A stretch of 63,630 nucleotides of DNA, the filler included, from Folioceros fuciformis (Eukaryota), in the NCBI GenBank assembly GCA_049999805.1. It is 6 parts of 6 records of this genome, joined end to end, with 100 filler letters (N's around TTAATTAATTAA, not from the genome) between each part and the next. Parts side by side here need not be neighbours in the genome. Positions count along the whole stretch, not along the records: positions 29,944 to 51,621 come from JBNGIO010001022.1; 5 more parts are not named here. One strand, written 5' to 3'. Shown piece after piece: positions 36,444-47,500 of this stretch (its first letter is position 1; every line of letters starts with the position of its first letter). Under the pieces are notes generated by a model. The model worked only from the letters and a program-made list of their open reading frames with translations. It did not search any database and was not told the origin of the DNA. Both the position numbers and the translations under genes were made by a program.

Positions 36444-37598
36444 ATGTCGAATCCTTTGCGGCTTATGAATTTTGTGCCTGAGGTATGGGGTGGACGTTGG
36501 AATTGCAGCTGTTGTGAATTGCCATTGTCCTGAGGGTTTAGGGATTATGCTTTGCAGGCGGGCGAAGAGATCGTTTCGAGGCAACCTGTGATCCCCGACA
36601 GGCCTCTGTTTGAGGTGCGGTGGTGCAGTCTGGTCTGGTTGCGAAGTTTCGTCAGTGTTGCTGCTATATGTGATCAGATGCAATTGAGTGGCTTTGTTGA
36701 ATTCATTTGCAGATTCTGAAGGAAAACAAAGACAAGAAGGATGCGGAATTCAATGAACGCTTCAAGCATCGTGCGCACATTGTTGCATGCTTGTCGTTTC
36801 CAGGAATTTAGGTCGCCCTGGTGGATGCATGACGTTGGGTTTGGTGTGCGTAGGGCCACCTAAGGCACTTGACGAAGATGAGACGGAATTTCTGGAGCTT
36901 GTTCGGACGGTGAGCTTTGTGGAAGCTTTGTAGCCGTCCGTGACCAGGATAGTGGGCGCTGATTTTTCTGATTGTCGTCTTTGTCGTGTGCTTCACCTGC
37001 TACGATTGCAAGGGCGGCGCGTATACGACTGACTCTCGCCTATCTTGGCTGCAGCACAAACAGGAGCAAGAGAGACTGATTGCAACTGAAGAGGCTCGTG
37101 AGCTGGAGGAATTTCATGTCTGTCAGCAAGCTGTTCCCCTTGTTTCAGTCATCGCAATAGACTGTTGTTTGTTCAACATCTCTTTGAGCTTCAAGTATAT
37201 TTTTTGTCGTTCCTATGGATGCAGGCAGCTATTGCAAGCAGGGCGGCTATCTCTGAAGAGCAAAAAGTCACTGCTGTCAAACATGAGGTTCGTCATCGGT
37301 TTGAGCCACGCTATCTGTTGGTGCCCAGTCGCGGGATAGGTAGAACTAACCCAGGGAAGGGTGCTGTTGACAGAACGAGAGACCAGCCTTGAACAAGGTT
37401 CCATGTCGTCCGAAGACACCTGCAGCTTTCATAAGAATTGTTCCTCAAGCCAAGAAGGCAAAATTGGATGTAGGTCCGAAAGACGTACAGTCCACCTCCG
37501 CAAGCTTAGCTGCGGATGATACTAAAACTGATGAGAAACCAGGGAGCGCTGCATTGGGACTTGTGTCCTACAGCGATGAAAGTGACGATGAGGACTGA
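36444..37598 (+). CDS. FAM192A/NIP30 (PSME3-interacting protein) homologue, 7 exons
   Basis: LRLMNFVPE, DRPLFE|ILKENKDKKDAEFNERFKH|RPPKALDEDETEFL, and C-terminal LGLVSYSDESDDED. Confidence 0.9.
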
Positions 37599-37763
37599 AC
37601 AGTGAGAAGTATTTACTTCATTGCGTCCGTCTATAGCAATTGTTGTACACGGTTTGCTTCACTGGAGTATGTAGTCCTCATTTGCGCCGCCCAATGACAC
37701 AGGATCGCCGCCGAGAGCAGGCATTCATAAAAAAGGCCCTCCACCTAGAAGACCACAAATTGG

Positions 37764-39599
37764 TCACAAGCGGGTGCAGGTCATGTCGAAATCATCGGGA
37801 GCTATCCGCATTATCCAAGAGCTGAGAGTCCTTTTTGCCTCCGTGCTATTCATGGATGATAGTTCATACATGCTGCACAGGTTCAAGACGAGTGACTCCG
37901 TCAATGCTGTCAACGGACTCCTCTGTAGCACATCTTCCAGGACTTGAGTTGCCCCGACCAGGTCCCTCGAGTACATCTGACACAAGGCCTTGTTGTTGGC
38001 AGCAACCTCATCGCAAGGATCCTGCCTCAAAACTGCTTCGAACTTCTTGCTTGCTGCAGGGTACTGCTTAAGCGCGAAGAGTAACAGTCCCCGGTTTTTG
38101 CCTATCAGATTTGCAATTGCTCCTGGGGAATTGCCCTCCTTGCCAGCCAGAGATTCCACTGCGGCGAACGTTAACTTGGCTCCATCTAGATCACCCACCT
38201 GCAGCTGCACGTAACCATACTTGGACAGCAGCACAAGATCATTCGGCCTGCTCTTCAGCAGCTGCTCCAGCCAACTGAAGGCCACCATGAAGTCCTTGTC
38301 ACCCAAATGATGGCTCACAGCAGTGTGCAACACCATCTCTTGCCGTCGTCTCCACTTTTCCAGCATCAACTGATACCCTGCGGGTGAGTGGTCAATTGCA
38401 GCATCTGGGCTAAAAGAGTTGCTCCTCACCTGCTCCTCCTCATCCTCCCAGCCTGAATGAGAACTCAGCCCTGCCTGTTGCGAGGACTCTGTTGGCAAAT
38501 CCACGTCAGGAGCAGAACCCACTTCCCTGCCGTCGTTCGCCTGCTTCAGAACCTCCTCTAGATGCTCTAACTTCTTGTTGCAGTGTGACAGCAGTTCATA
38601 CAGACGGTCAGATGCCTTCGCTGTCTCGCCCAACCAGCGGGGAAGAATGGCGTACAGCCATCTCAAGCCAAATGGAACCATGGACCCAAACTTGCCAGGA
38701 TATAGAGATGGGTTCTCCTCATACCGGAACTTGGGGTCGTCAAGGTCCCCCAGCGCAAGAAGCTCATCAGCAGCAGCTCCATAGTTTCGCAACTTCATCA
38801 GGGCCAAGACATAGTAGCTCGTGTAAGAAAGCTGCTGGTCGAGGGAGCTGACAATGTCTCGCTTTCTGGTCTCCTTCACCTTCTCCACTATAGCCCGCCA
38901 AGAACCTTGCCTTGCCAGCTTCTGAAGGCTGCCAAGGTCGGAGGAAACGTCCTGCACTGAGATTCTCCTGAATGGAAATGAGGAGCTCCTTCTGTCCTGG
39001 AAATGGACTGCTGGCGGGTCTGGGACGATGTCCCTCGAGAAGCTCGGAGCCCTGGTGCCCATTCGAGAGGGGTAAGTGCCGGAAGATGCAGATGCAGCTG
39101 GAGAAGGTGGACCCAGGGACCCTGATGATCTCCTGCTGTAACTGGAGTGCCTAGACATGGGTTGAGGGGAAAGACTTTGGTCCTCGCCTTGATCTGCGCT
39201 GTCATTCCCCATGAGAGGATGCGAGATGACCTCATTTCCTCCCGATTCCCGCACCGTAGAATACTGAGGAGCTGGAATTCCAGAGAAAGCTTGAGGGAAG
39301 ATAGAGGAAAGGGAGGCCGAGCGTGGCATGGGGGAGGACGGAGATGGGGACAGGTACTTGCTGGGTCCCGATTCAGGAACCGAGGCATGACCCTGTGTTG
39401 ACCCAGAAGCAGAAGGGAAGAAGGAGGAGTTCCGCTGGAACGCGGAGAAGGATGGAACAGGAGGCGGCTTTGCGGCAGAGTGTGATCCTGTTTCTGTATT
39501 CCGAGTAGCAGACTCTGATCCAGCTCCATCGGCCACACTGATGACCGAATCGTCGGATAAGCTGGGTGATTCATCCTGCTGGCGTTTGCTGTCGTCCAT
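37764..39599 (-). CDS. TRAPPC12: Trafficking protein particle complex subunit 12 (TPR protein)
   Basis: Single-exon 611-aa ORF: disordered Ser/Pro N-terminus, GSMVPFGLR, TPRs, NNKALCQMY and NLCSMYEL. Confidence 0.92.
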   Translation of the reverse strand: MDDSKRQQDESPSLSDDSVISVADGAGSESATRNTETGSHSAAKPPPVPSFSAFQRNSSFFPSASGSTQGHASVPESGPSKYLSPSPSSPMPRSASLSSIFPQAFSGIPAPQYSTVRESGGNEVISHPLMGNDSADQGEDQSLSPQPMSRHSSYSRRSSGSLGPPSPAASASSGTYPSRMGTRAPSFSRDIVPDPPAVHFQDRRSSSFPFRRISVQDVSSDLGSLQKLARQGSWRAIVEKVKETRKRDIVSSLDQQLSYTSYYVLALMKLRNYGAAADELLALGDLDDPKFRYEENPSLYPGKFGSMVPFGLRWLYAILPRWLGETAKASDRLYELLSHCNKKLEHLEEVLKQANDGREVGSAPDVDLPTESSQQAGLSSHSGWEDEEEQVRSNSFSPDAAIDHSPAGYQLMLEKWRRRQEMVLHTAVSHHLGDKDFMVAFSWLEQLLKSRPNDLVLLSKYGYVQLQVGDLDGAKLTFAAVESLAGKEGNSPGAIANLIGKNRGLLLFALKQYPAASKKFEAVLRQDPCDEVAANNKALCQMYSRDLVGATQVLEDVLQRSPLTALTESLVLNLCSMYELSSMNSTEAKRTLSSWIMRIAPDDFDMTCTRL

Positions 39600-40412
39600 G
39601 CCTTCCAGTCTTCACTAACAATCAGGCTATGTTACGCTGGTCTGACCCAAAAACTGTCAATCCACGCCTGTTGCCTCCCGCAGAGGTGGAAATGAACGTC
39701 GCCACAGAAGCAATGCTGACAAGAACGATATCAACTACAGAGCAGGGGACCCGGCAGAGCGGGATGCAGTTCAAGGATACCTGCACCTAGTGTAGATTAG
39801 GAAAAAAGGGTTGCGAGCGGGAGAAGGTGCATGAAAAGCAGAAACAACCTGAAGGATCCACAGCTTCGCATTGAATAGGGTAGATGGGATTCCAATTACG
39901 ATGCGACTTTCAGCCGTCACGATTCCAGTCGGGAAGTGTAGCCCACCTGGCATGCACGGCAACCATGTGCACGGCTCCTGGTCTGGGGCGCCCTAAAGAA
40001 TGCCGTCTGTGGAACTGACCTTCACAACTGGAAACTATAATGGAACGCTTCCTCGTCAACCTATGCTGCTATGGTGTCGAGCCAGTCCATGCCATGTTAC
40101 TAGGGTGCAATGGCATAAGTGTTCCCAGCCTCCAGAAAATGACAGGAATGTGTGGGTCGTAGCAACACCTCTGATCACTTCAGGCAGCTATATCCGTGTT
40201 GCAGCAAGCTATGTCTCCCTTGCGTTTGAGCCTCGTGTTGCAAGGCATCAACACCAGGCTCAAATGCAACGGAGATATAGCTTCAGCGATGGAGTCAAGA
40301 GCCAGGTGCACGGAAGGTAGGGAGCTCCGCCTTTGTCTGTGGGTTCACTTGTGGCTTGGCGTCTAAGGAGTTTGTCGTTGATCTCTGATTGATAGGTGGT
40401 GCCTCTTTGCAG

Positions 40413-42348
40413 GATGGATAGAGAGGAACCCAAGATTCGTCAGTTGCTGAAACGTTTGTGCCAGGAGGGACGTTTGGATGAGGCTTTACGTGTCCTTCGC
40501 CTTATGGAGCAGGAGGGTTTTGTTGCTTGCAAGGAGACATACCTTTCTCTGTTTCAGGGATGCATCAAAATGAGGGCCCTTGCGGAGGCAAGGCTTGTGC
40601 ATGCCCACATTATCCAGAAGGGGCATGAAAGTGACCTCTTTTTGGGCAATTCAGTCGTCAACATGTTTGTGAGATGTGGAAGCTTCTCAGATGCTATGCA
40701 GGCTTTTAGCAGGTTACCTCGACGGAATGCTTTCTCGTGGACGGCAATCATTTCATGGTACAGTAACGCAGGCCGAGGTCGTGAAGCCTTGCTATGCTAC
40801 CAGCAAATGCAGGAAGAAGGAATCGCACCAAGCAAGTACACCTTTCTCAGCATTCTAAGAGCCTGTGGCAGCCTAGAGGATCTGGGTGAGGGAACACGGA
40901 TTCACAATGACATCCTCAAAAGTTGTTGTGAGGCAGATGTTTTTCTTGGAACTGCTTTAGTGGACATGTATGCAAAGTGTGGAAGCGTGGTGGATGCACG
41001 TCAGGTATTCGACTCGTTGGAACAGCCGGACGTTGTGGCTTGGACGGCAATGGTTGCAGGTTATGCCCAGCATGGCCAAGGTGAGAAAGCGTTGCAATTG
41101 TTTGCCCACATGGAGAGACATGGTGTGAAACCAAATGATCGGACCTTTGTCAGTGTGCTCCAAGCGTGTGGCAGCCTTGCTCTCCTGGAAGAGGAAAAGC
41201 TGGTCAACGGAGAGCTGCTGAAGATGGATGCTTTGCATAAAGTCAGGGTGATTCATGCTCAACTCGTCAACAGCCATTTTGAACACGATGTATATGTTTC
41301 GAACACTCTAATAGACTCGTACGTGAAATGCGGGAGCATGGCAAATGCGAGGCATGTGTTTGACAGTGCACCCCACCGCACTGTTGTCTCGTGGACTGCC
41401 CTGATTGCAGGATATGCTCAGCAAGAACAAGGGCAGAAGGCTTTGCAACTCTGGGCAGTAATGCAAGAGGCTGGGGTGGAAGCAGATGAGGCTGCATTCC
41501 TGTGCTTGCTCAGAGCTTGCAGTCAAGTGGGCGCCTTGGAATATTGTTCCGGAATTCACCGCAGTCTTCGTCAAAGTGGAGCTACGCTAACACTGGCTGT
41601 GTCCAACAGTCTTATTCACACATACGGCAGATGTGGGGCCATGGCACAAGCCCAGGAAGTGTTCGACAGCTTGTCTCATCCCAACATGGTGTCATGGACT
41701 GCTCTCATTGCAGGCTACGCCTGGCAAGGGCACTACCACACAAGTTTGCAACGCTTTGAGGAAATGAAACAGGCGGGCATCCAGCCAGGCGAAGTCACGT
41801 TTCTCTCATTGCTCACAGCTTGTTGCCATACTGGCCTTGTGGATAAAGGCCTTGAGCTCTTCGTGTCCATGTGCAAAAACTACAGCCTGACTCCAACCGT
41901 CCGACACCATGCTATCCTGGTTGACCTCCTAGCCCGGTCAGGACTGTTGAACCTGGCAGAAAAGTTCCTACTTTCAATGACAGTGCAGCCTGACCTTGCA
42001 ATGTGGTTGTCTCTGCTCTGTGCCTGCCGCAACTACAAGCAAGTGGAGATCGGCATCCGTGCCTTCCAGCATGCTGTGACCCTTGAACCAGCCCAGAGCT
42101 CTGGTTACGTGCTGATGAAGGACATTTATGCCGATGCTCAGATGTGGGACGACGTCAGGCTGATAGAGGACATGAGGACACAAGCAGGTGCATGGAAGCA
42201 GCCCGGGCAGAGCTGGATCGAGCACGAGAACAAGGTGCACGTGTTTGTAGTGGGAGACACATCCCACCTCCAAGTTCTGCAGATCCACGCAAAGCTGAAA
42301 GAAATAAGAGTCCTTCTCCAGGGACACAAGGAAGATGGAGTCCAGTAA
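40413..42348 (+). CDS. PLS-class pentatricopeptide repeat protein, E/E+ subclass (organellar RNA-editing factor), no DYW domain
   Basis: Repeating P-L-S motifs (SWTAII/AWTAMV, TFLSILRAC, ALVDMYAKCG), VDLLARSG, PG box KQPGQSWIE, and a stop before any HSE/CxxC deaminase motif. First ATG at 40413. Confidence 0.95.
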
Positions 42349-42763
42349 GGACGAACTTTCCATCATGGATTTAAAACATTAAGATACGCGAAATTCACTC
42401 ATATCTGTCGCCCATAAATGAATAATTTATCATTGTAAAGGATAAGTGAGCGAGGAAGAACCCCTTGGGATCATCCCCCGGGTTCGTCGTTTCTGTATCA
42501 CTGCGTGCCTACCTGCCTTGTCAGGAGTGGGTCCTGTAAAGTGTTTTGTTTTCTATTTTTATTAGGTGAGTATAATTGAATAAAAATATTTAATGGATAC
42601 CAGTTTTTAATATAGATATTAGTTTCATTTTGAATTAGGTCTGTTTGTTTGTCTGCGGTGAAGTGTTTCCCGAAGTAGACTTTTCGAGCGTAAGCGGAGG
42701 CTGGTGTACACTTGGGGGCAGAAAATGCGTTGTGAAGGAATTGTGCCTACACATCAAAATGCA

Positions 42764-44114
42764 ATGTTCTTGACAAGGTGTGGAATTCTTTCCCCGATCC
42801 CACTCCACGCGAGGCTCCTGGTGTGCGTGGAGCTGCTGAACCTGAGGCTCTCGCAGGAGCGAGTATGACCGAAGAGTTAACACCTTCTGCCCGGAAGGAC
42901 GGCTCTTTCAAGTGGAGTACGCCATTGAGGCTGTCAGGGTAGAATGCGCCAGTTTGCAGCTCGCAGATTGATTGGTCGATCATCCGTTATACTTTCCTTC
43001 CACATTTGCAGCTCGGATCCACAGCGGTGGGGCCGAGGACCAAGGATGGAGTTGTTCTCGCTGTGGAAAAGAGGATTACCTCTCCTGGTGAGCTTCAGAC
43101 GCAGGACCCCGAACGAGGGAGGAGAGTTTGGAGTACTCTGACCTAATCTGTGCGTTTAGGAACCGTCCAGTGTGAAGATGATCATGGAGGTGGATGAGAA
43201 TATCGGGTGTGCTGTGAGTGGACTCACTGCGGACGCCCGCACCCTGGTAGAGCATGCTCGGGTTGAAACACAGGCGAGTTCAGGATGCCCGGGTTTGCTG
43301 CTGAGATTTGGCCATGGCGCTGATTCCGGTCTCGTGATCGTGGTGTCGTGCATGTACAACCATAGGTTCTCGTACAATGAGCCTATGAGCGTCCAGTCCA
43401 GGAAGCAAGCGATGTGTGATCCGGTGTTGCGGTTTGGGGACGGCGACGAAGACTCTATGGTGTCAGCGTGCCTTGGCGTTGTGGTGGCCTTTGCAGAGGC
43501 TTGCCTTGACACACCCCCTCGTGTTTGCAGTTCAGACCCTTTGAAGTGTCCCTGTTGATGGCTGGCTGCGATGATATTGGACTTTGCTTGTGAGTGCCCT
43601 GCCATTTGAAAGATACGTGTAGCATCAAACTCCAGGTGATGCTACTGCCTGGCATCACACAGCAGGTGACTCCCTCGAGCTTGGAACAGGTACCACACAG
43701 ATCCATCAGGCACGTTCTGGCAGTGACACGCCACAGCTTCAGGCTGTGGTTCTGAAGGAGCTGATACCTCGCTACAGGAGCGCTACAAGAAGGTGAGATC
43801 CTGCATGGCCATCGTCCATTTGAGCAGAAACATATCGCCCTCGACCCAACTAAGCTTCTTCTGAACAGGATATGACCTTCGAGGACGCCGAAACGCTGGC
43901 CCTTCTCCACATTAAAGCAAGTCACGGAGGAAAAGGTAGGAGGGTGCCGGATCTGAAATGCCCTTGGCTTCTCCATCCGTACTTCCCTCGTCTCTTTTTA
44001 AGCTTTTCGTTGTACGCAGATCACGCGCTCAATCGTAGACATGGCGAATGTGGCACCTAGTACCACGTGTACTCGCCTGCTGAAGTGGAGGCCGTGACCA
44101 CTCGATTGTCATAA
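42764..44114 (+). pseudogene. PAE: 20S proteasome alpha-5 subunit, unprocessed pseudogene
   Basis: [62 protein letters not shown] and YHTDPSGTFWQ*. In-frame TGA at ~43724, a short deletion before the ~43087 donor, a lost acceptor at ~43357, and substitutions at invariant residues. Confidence 0.85.
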
Positions 44115-44571
44115 ACCGATGTCCAAGAGATCAGCTGTAAGATTCCCATCGGCGCAGGCCATGAAACAGTTTTGAAATTTCTCGTCAGGAGACCATGTGC
44201 TGCGCCAGGGAAATTGTCTCTGTCCCTCTTTACAGGGTGCCCAGGGTCTTCAAATGTGCGTGGTCGGGGCAAGGTCGTCCGAGAAGCCCTGTTGAGCATG
44301 TACAGTCGACTCGAATCCTCAGTAATGTGTAGAACACGCAAGTAGACATGTATCCGCGAGTGCATCGGGAAAATCTAAGAATTAGTGAATGCGCTGTTCA
44401 CAAAATTTTTGAGTCCATATTTAAATTACTGTACTACTGACTCGTCAGGCAGCCATAATGACCGCCCGTGTTGACCTTGGGCTTAGGGCGAAGTCCAATG
44501 GACGGTGAGTGTTTAGCGTGCTTTCCTAAGCAGCTAATCGCCTTCAGGCGATTTCCGTAGATTGGAGGTTG

Positions 44572-47500
44572 ATGGAGCTGGATGGGAGCTCGCCGTATGC
44601 CATGGAAGACACTGGCCGTGAATTTCTCGCTCGCGCTCCAGGGTATATGGACGCCGAGGGAGATGGCGGGGGTGGAGGAGCAGCTCGAGCGGGCGGAGGA
44701 GACGTGGCGCAGCCTGTGGAGGGACGTGGGCGGGATGCCAGAGGAGGCGGGAGTCCAGGGGCTTCTGTGGCAGAAGCCCCGAGCTTGGGTCAGGCTGCAG
44801 CCGCGTGGAAAAACGTTGCATTCGGAGAGGCTGCCCCAGATGGTGCTCCAATGTGGGTTAAGGTGTAATCGAGTCGTCTTCTCGTTGTGGATGTTTTGAT
44901 TTTGCTTGCTGCACACGGGGCTTGAGAGTGTTATCTGTGAATCTCATTAGGTAGATGAACTGCATGCGCTGGTTGAGGGCCTGATCACACGATATGTGAG
45001 CAGAACTGTGCTAAAGCTGCTTCGTACGAGTGTTGCTTGAGGCTTGTGTGATTTTCCCGACCTGCACCTCCTGCCCATCTATAAGATGGCAGGCAGTCAA
45101 GGAATGGATCCGGTAATCACGGGATCCCTCCCCGAGGACCCATCCTGGCAGTGATGGGAAGTCACGGTGTTCCATGTCCGGAGTCCCTGACATTCTGGGC
45201 GGGTGATTGGCAGTGGAGGGGGAAGTATCAAGCTGGAATCAAGTGCAGTAGCAATGACTGCAAGAAAGCCACGCTCAAGGCTGCACCCACGCACCGAGCT
45301 AAGACCTACATCGTGGTGTATATTCCCAGCAGCGGGACCTGGCTGTGGGTGTCTGCCCTGAATGTCGTTCCCATCGATCAAGACCCGTTGCCCTTGTTAG
45401 CCGGTACACATGATAGTGGGCGGATGTTTGTGAGGGACACAAATATTCCCAGGTACCACGTCATGTTCTTGTTGGAGCATGAAATCCTTGACATCAGTGA
45501 CAAGCTCCCCCTTCAGGTAAGGTCTGAGCTCAGCCTGCTGTCTATCCATGTACTGTGCGCCTGGTTTTCAGTGGAGCTCGATTGTTACATGTGTTATCTC
45601 ATTGCTTTTCTGGACCTGCTCCCTGAAGCTCTATTGCTGGTGATTCCAGGCTGTGCAGGTGTCTGCACGTAATGTCAGGGTTTGGCAAGCCTTTGCGGTG
45701 GAAGCTGGGAAATCAACTACTTACTCGGAAGTTGGCTCGTTGCTGCCAAAGCTGCATGCTGTATACCATCTAACATTGTGTTGTTTGAATTGCTGTACCG
45801 ATTGTCTGTCTATAGGCGTATGTTTGAACTGTATCGATTTGCTGCAGAAGATTTTGCCAAGCTTTATCAGCCCATCTTGGATGAAAGATCGGTACTCGGG
45901 CTGGAAAGTAGAGTGTGAAAGCTGTGTGAGTGCAACGTCTGTAGAGGATCTGACGCAGGTGGGATACCTGACTCACCTCCATGGGCTTCTTTTTCTTCAA
46001 TATTATATCTATGTCCATTGGGAGTTTTCTGCTGATGTTGTAGCATAATCTTCTCTTGACGTGTCTGGACAATGTGTGAAATCTAATGTTATCTCAGTGA
46101 GAAAATGTTCCTACGTCTTCCAGTGATTCTGACACGTATGTGGTTTGGGATACTGGCAGGAATTAATTGATAAAGTCATCTGGGACAAGGTCCACAAACT
46201 CTGGAACACGTCTGACCAGACAGCTCTAACAAGTAGCGAGTGGCAAAACTGGAAGGCAGGGACTTTAAAGGAGCTACGTAATCTGTCTCGTGCTGTAGAT
46301 GTGATTTTGGAACACCTGTCACCAAGCTTGCCTGGAACACCAAGTGTGCCTTCTAAGCCAAAAGCAAGTCTTGGCCTTCAGCATGAAGGTGGGAGCTCCT
46401 CAGGAGGGTTAGCGAAGGAGGTAGGTGACCTTGCTGGAGCTCAGCCATCACTGCTGGACCGTCAAAGTATGGCTGATGCTTCTGCAAGCACTGTTGGAGG
46501 GTTCTCATTTCCCAAGTCTGTCAACGAGTCAGCAGAGCAGATCTGCATTGGTATAACCAAACACGGAGTAAGGTGCACCCACAAGACCAAGGGAGGAGCC
46601 CTTTATTGTGGTAAACATGTCCATCCTGGTGTTACCTCTGAATCTCTTGACACAGTTACCCAGGAAGATCGTGGCCAACACAGGACACTTTTGGCAGGAG
46701 CTCAGCTGAGACAGATGGTGGAGCAAGCATCTAGTCTGCCTGAAGAATGTGCAAAGTCTTCTGAGCTTGTTAAGACAGGTGGTACTTGTAGAGGCTGGTC
46801 TAAGAGGACGAATGCTCAGTGTGCACGCAGAGCAGGAAAATATTCTCTTTACTGTGAGAAGCATGTTCGAACTGCCAATGATCGGGACTCTGATGTTTTG
46901 AGCAACAAAATGAATAACAGCGGGTTTGCGGATAATGGAGCTAGTGGCTTAGCCTACCAAGAGAGGAAGGACTATGATAGGGCCAGAGACTTGCTCAATA
47001 ACTATTTAGCACAGAATCTAGGGGAATTGGCTCAAGATGGTCCAACTTTTTGCACAAAGGCGCAAAAGAACTGTCAAGTGGAAGGGGAAGGCCTTGATCG
47101 GATTTTGCAGGAAGCTTCCAAGGATCTCCCGATGGCTCTGAAATTGTCGAAGGTGGCTGCTTTGGAGCAGAACAGGCTCAGAAAAGAAACAGAGGGTTGG
47201 GCAGGGGAAACACGGTATGCAATCACTGACTTGAATGAGTTTGACCGTGGTGAGGATGCTTTCACGGCTGGGGCGGCTCCTCCAACTGGCAACAGTGACC
47301 ATGATCCAAAAGCCGTTGTACCTAGTGAGCCTAAATTTTCTGTCTCTGAAGACACATTAGGTGAGCCTTGTGTCGTTGTCACAGCCCAAAAGGCCATGCT
47401 GCATTGTGCCTTGTGTGAGAGGGAGTTCAACCAGAATGCAGAGCTCAGTAAGCACTGGTTTCTGCAACATGAGGAGGAAGCTTCCCGTTTCCTTAAGTGC

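Noticed and set aside
43724-43726. In-frame TGA at a conserved Cys of proteasome alpha-5 as selenocysteine or an edited stop
   Set aside because: Land plants lack Sec machinery and reverse editing is organellar. The locus also has a frameshift, splice lesions and many substitutions, so simple decay explains it.
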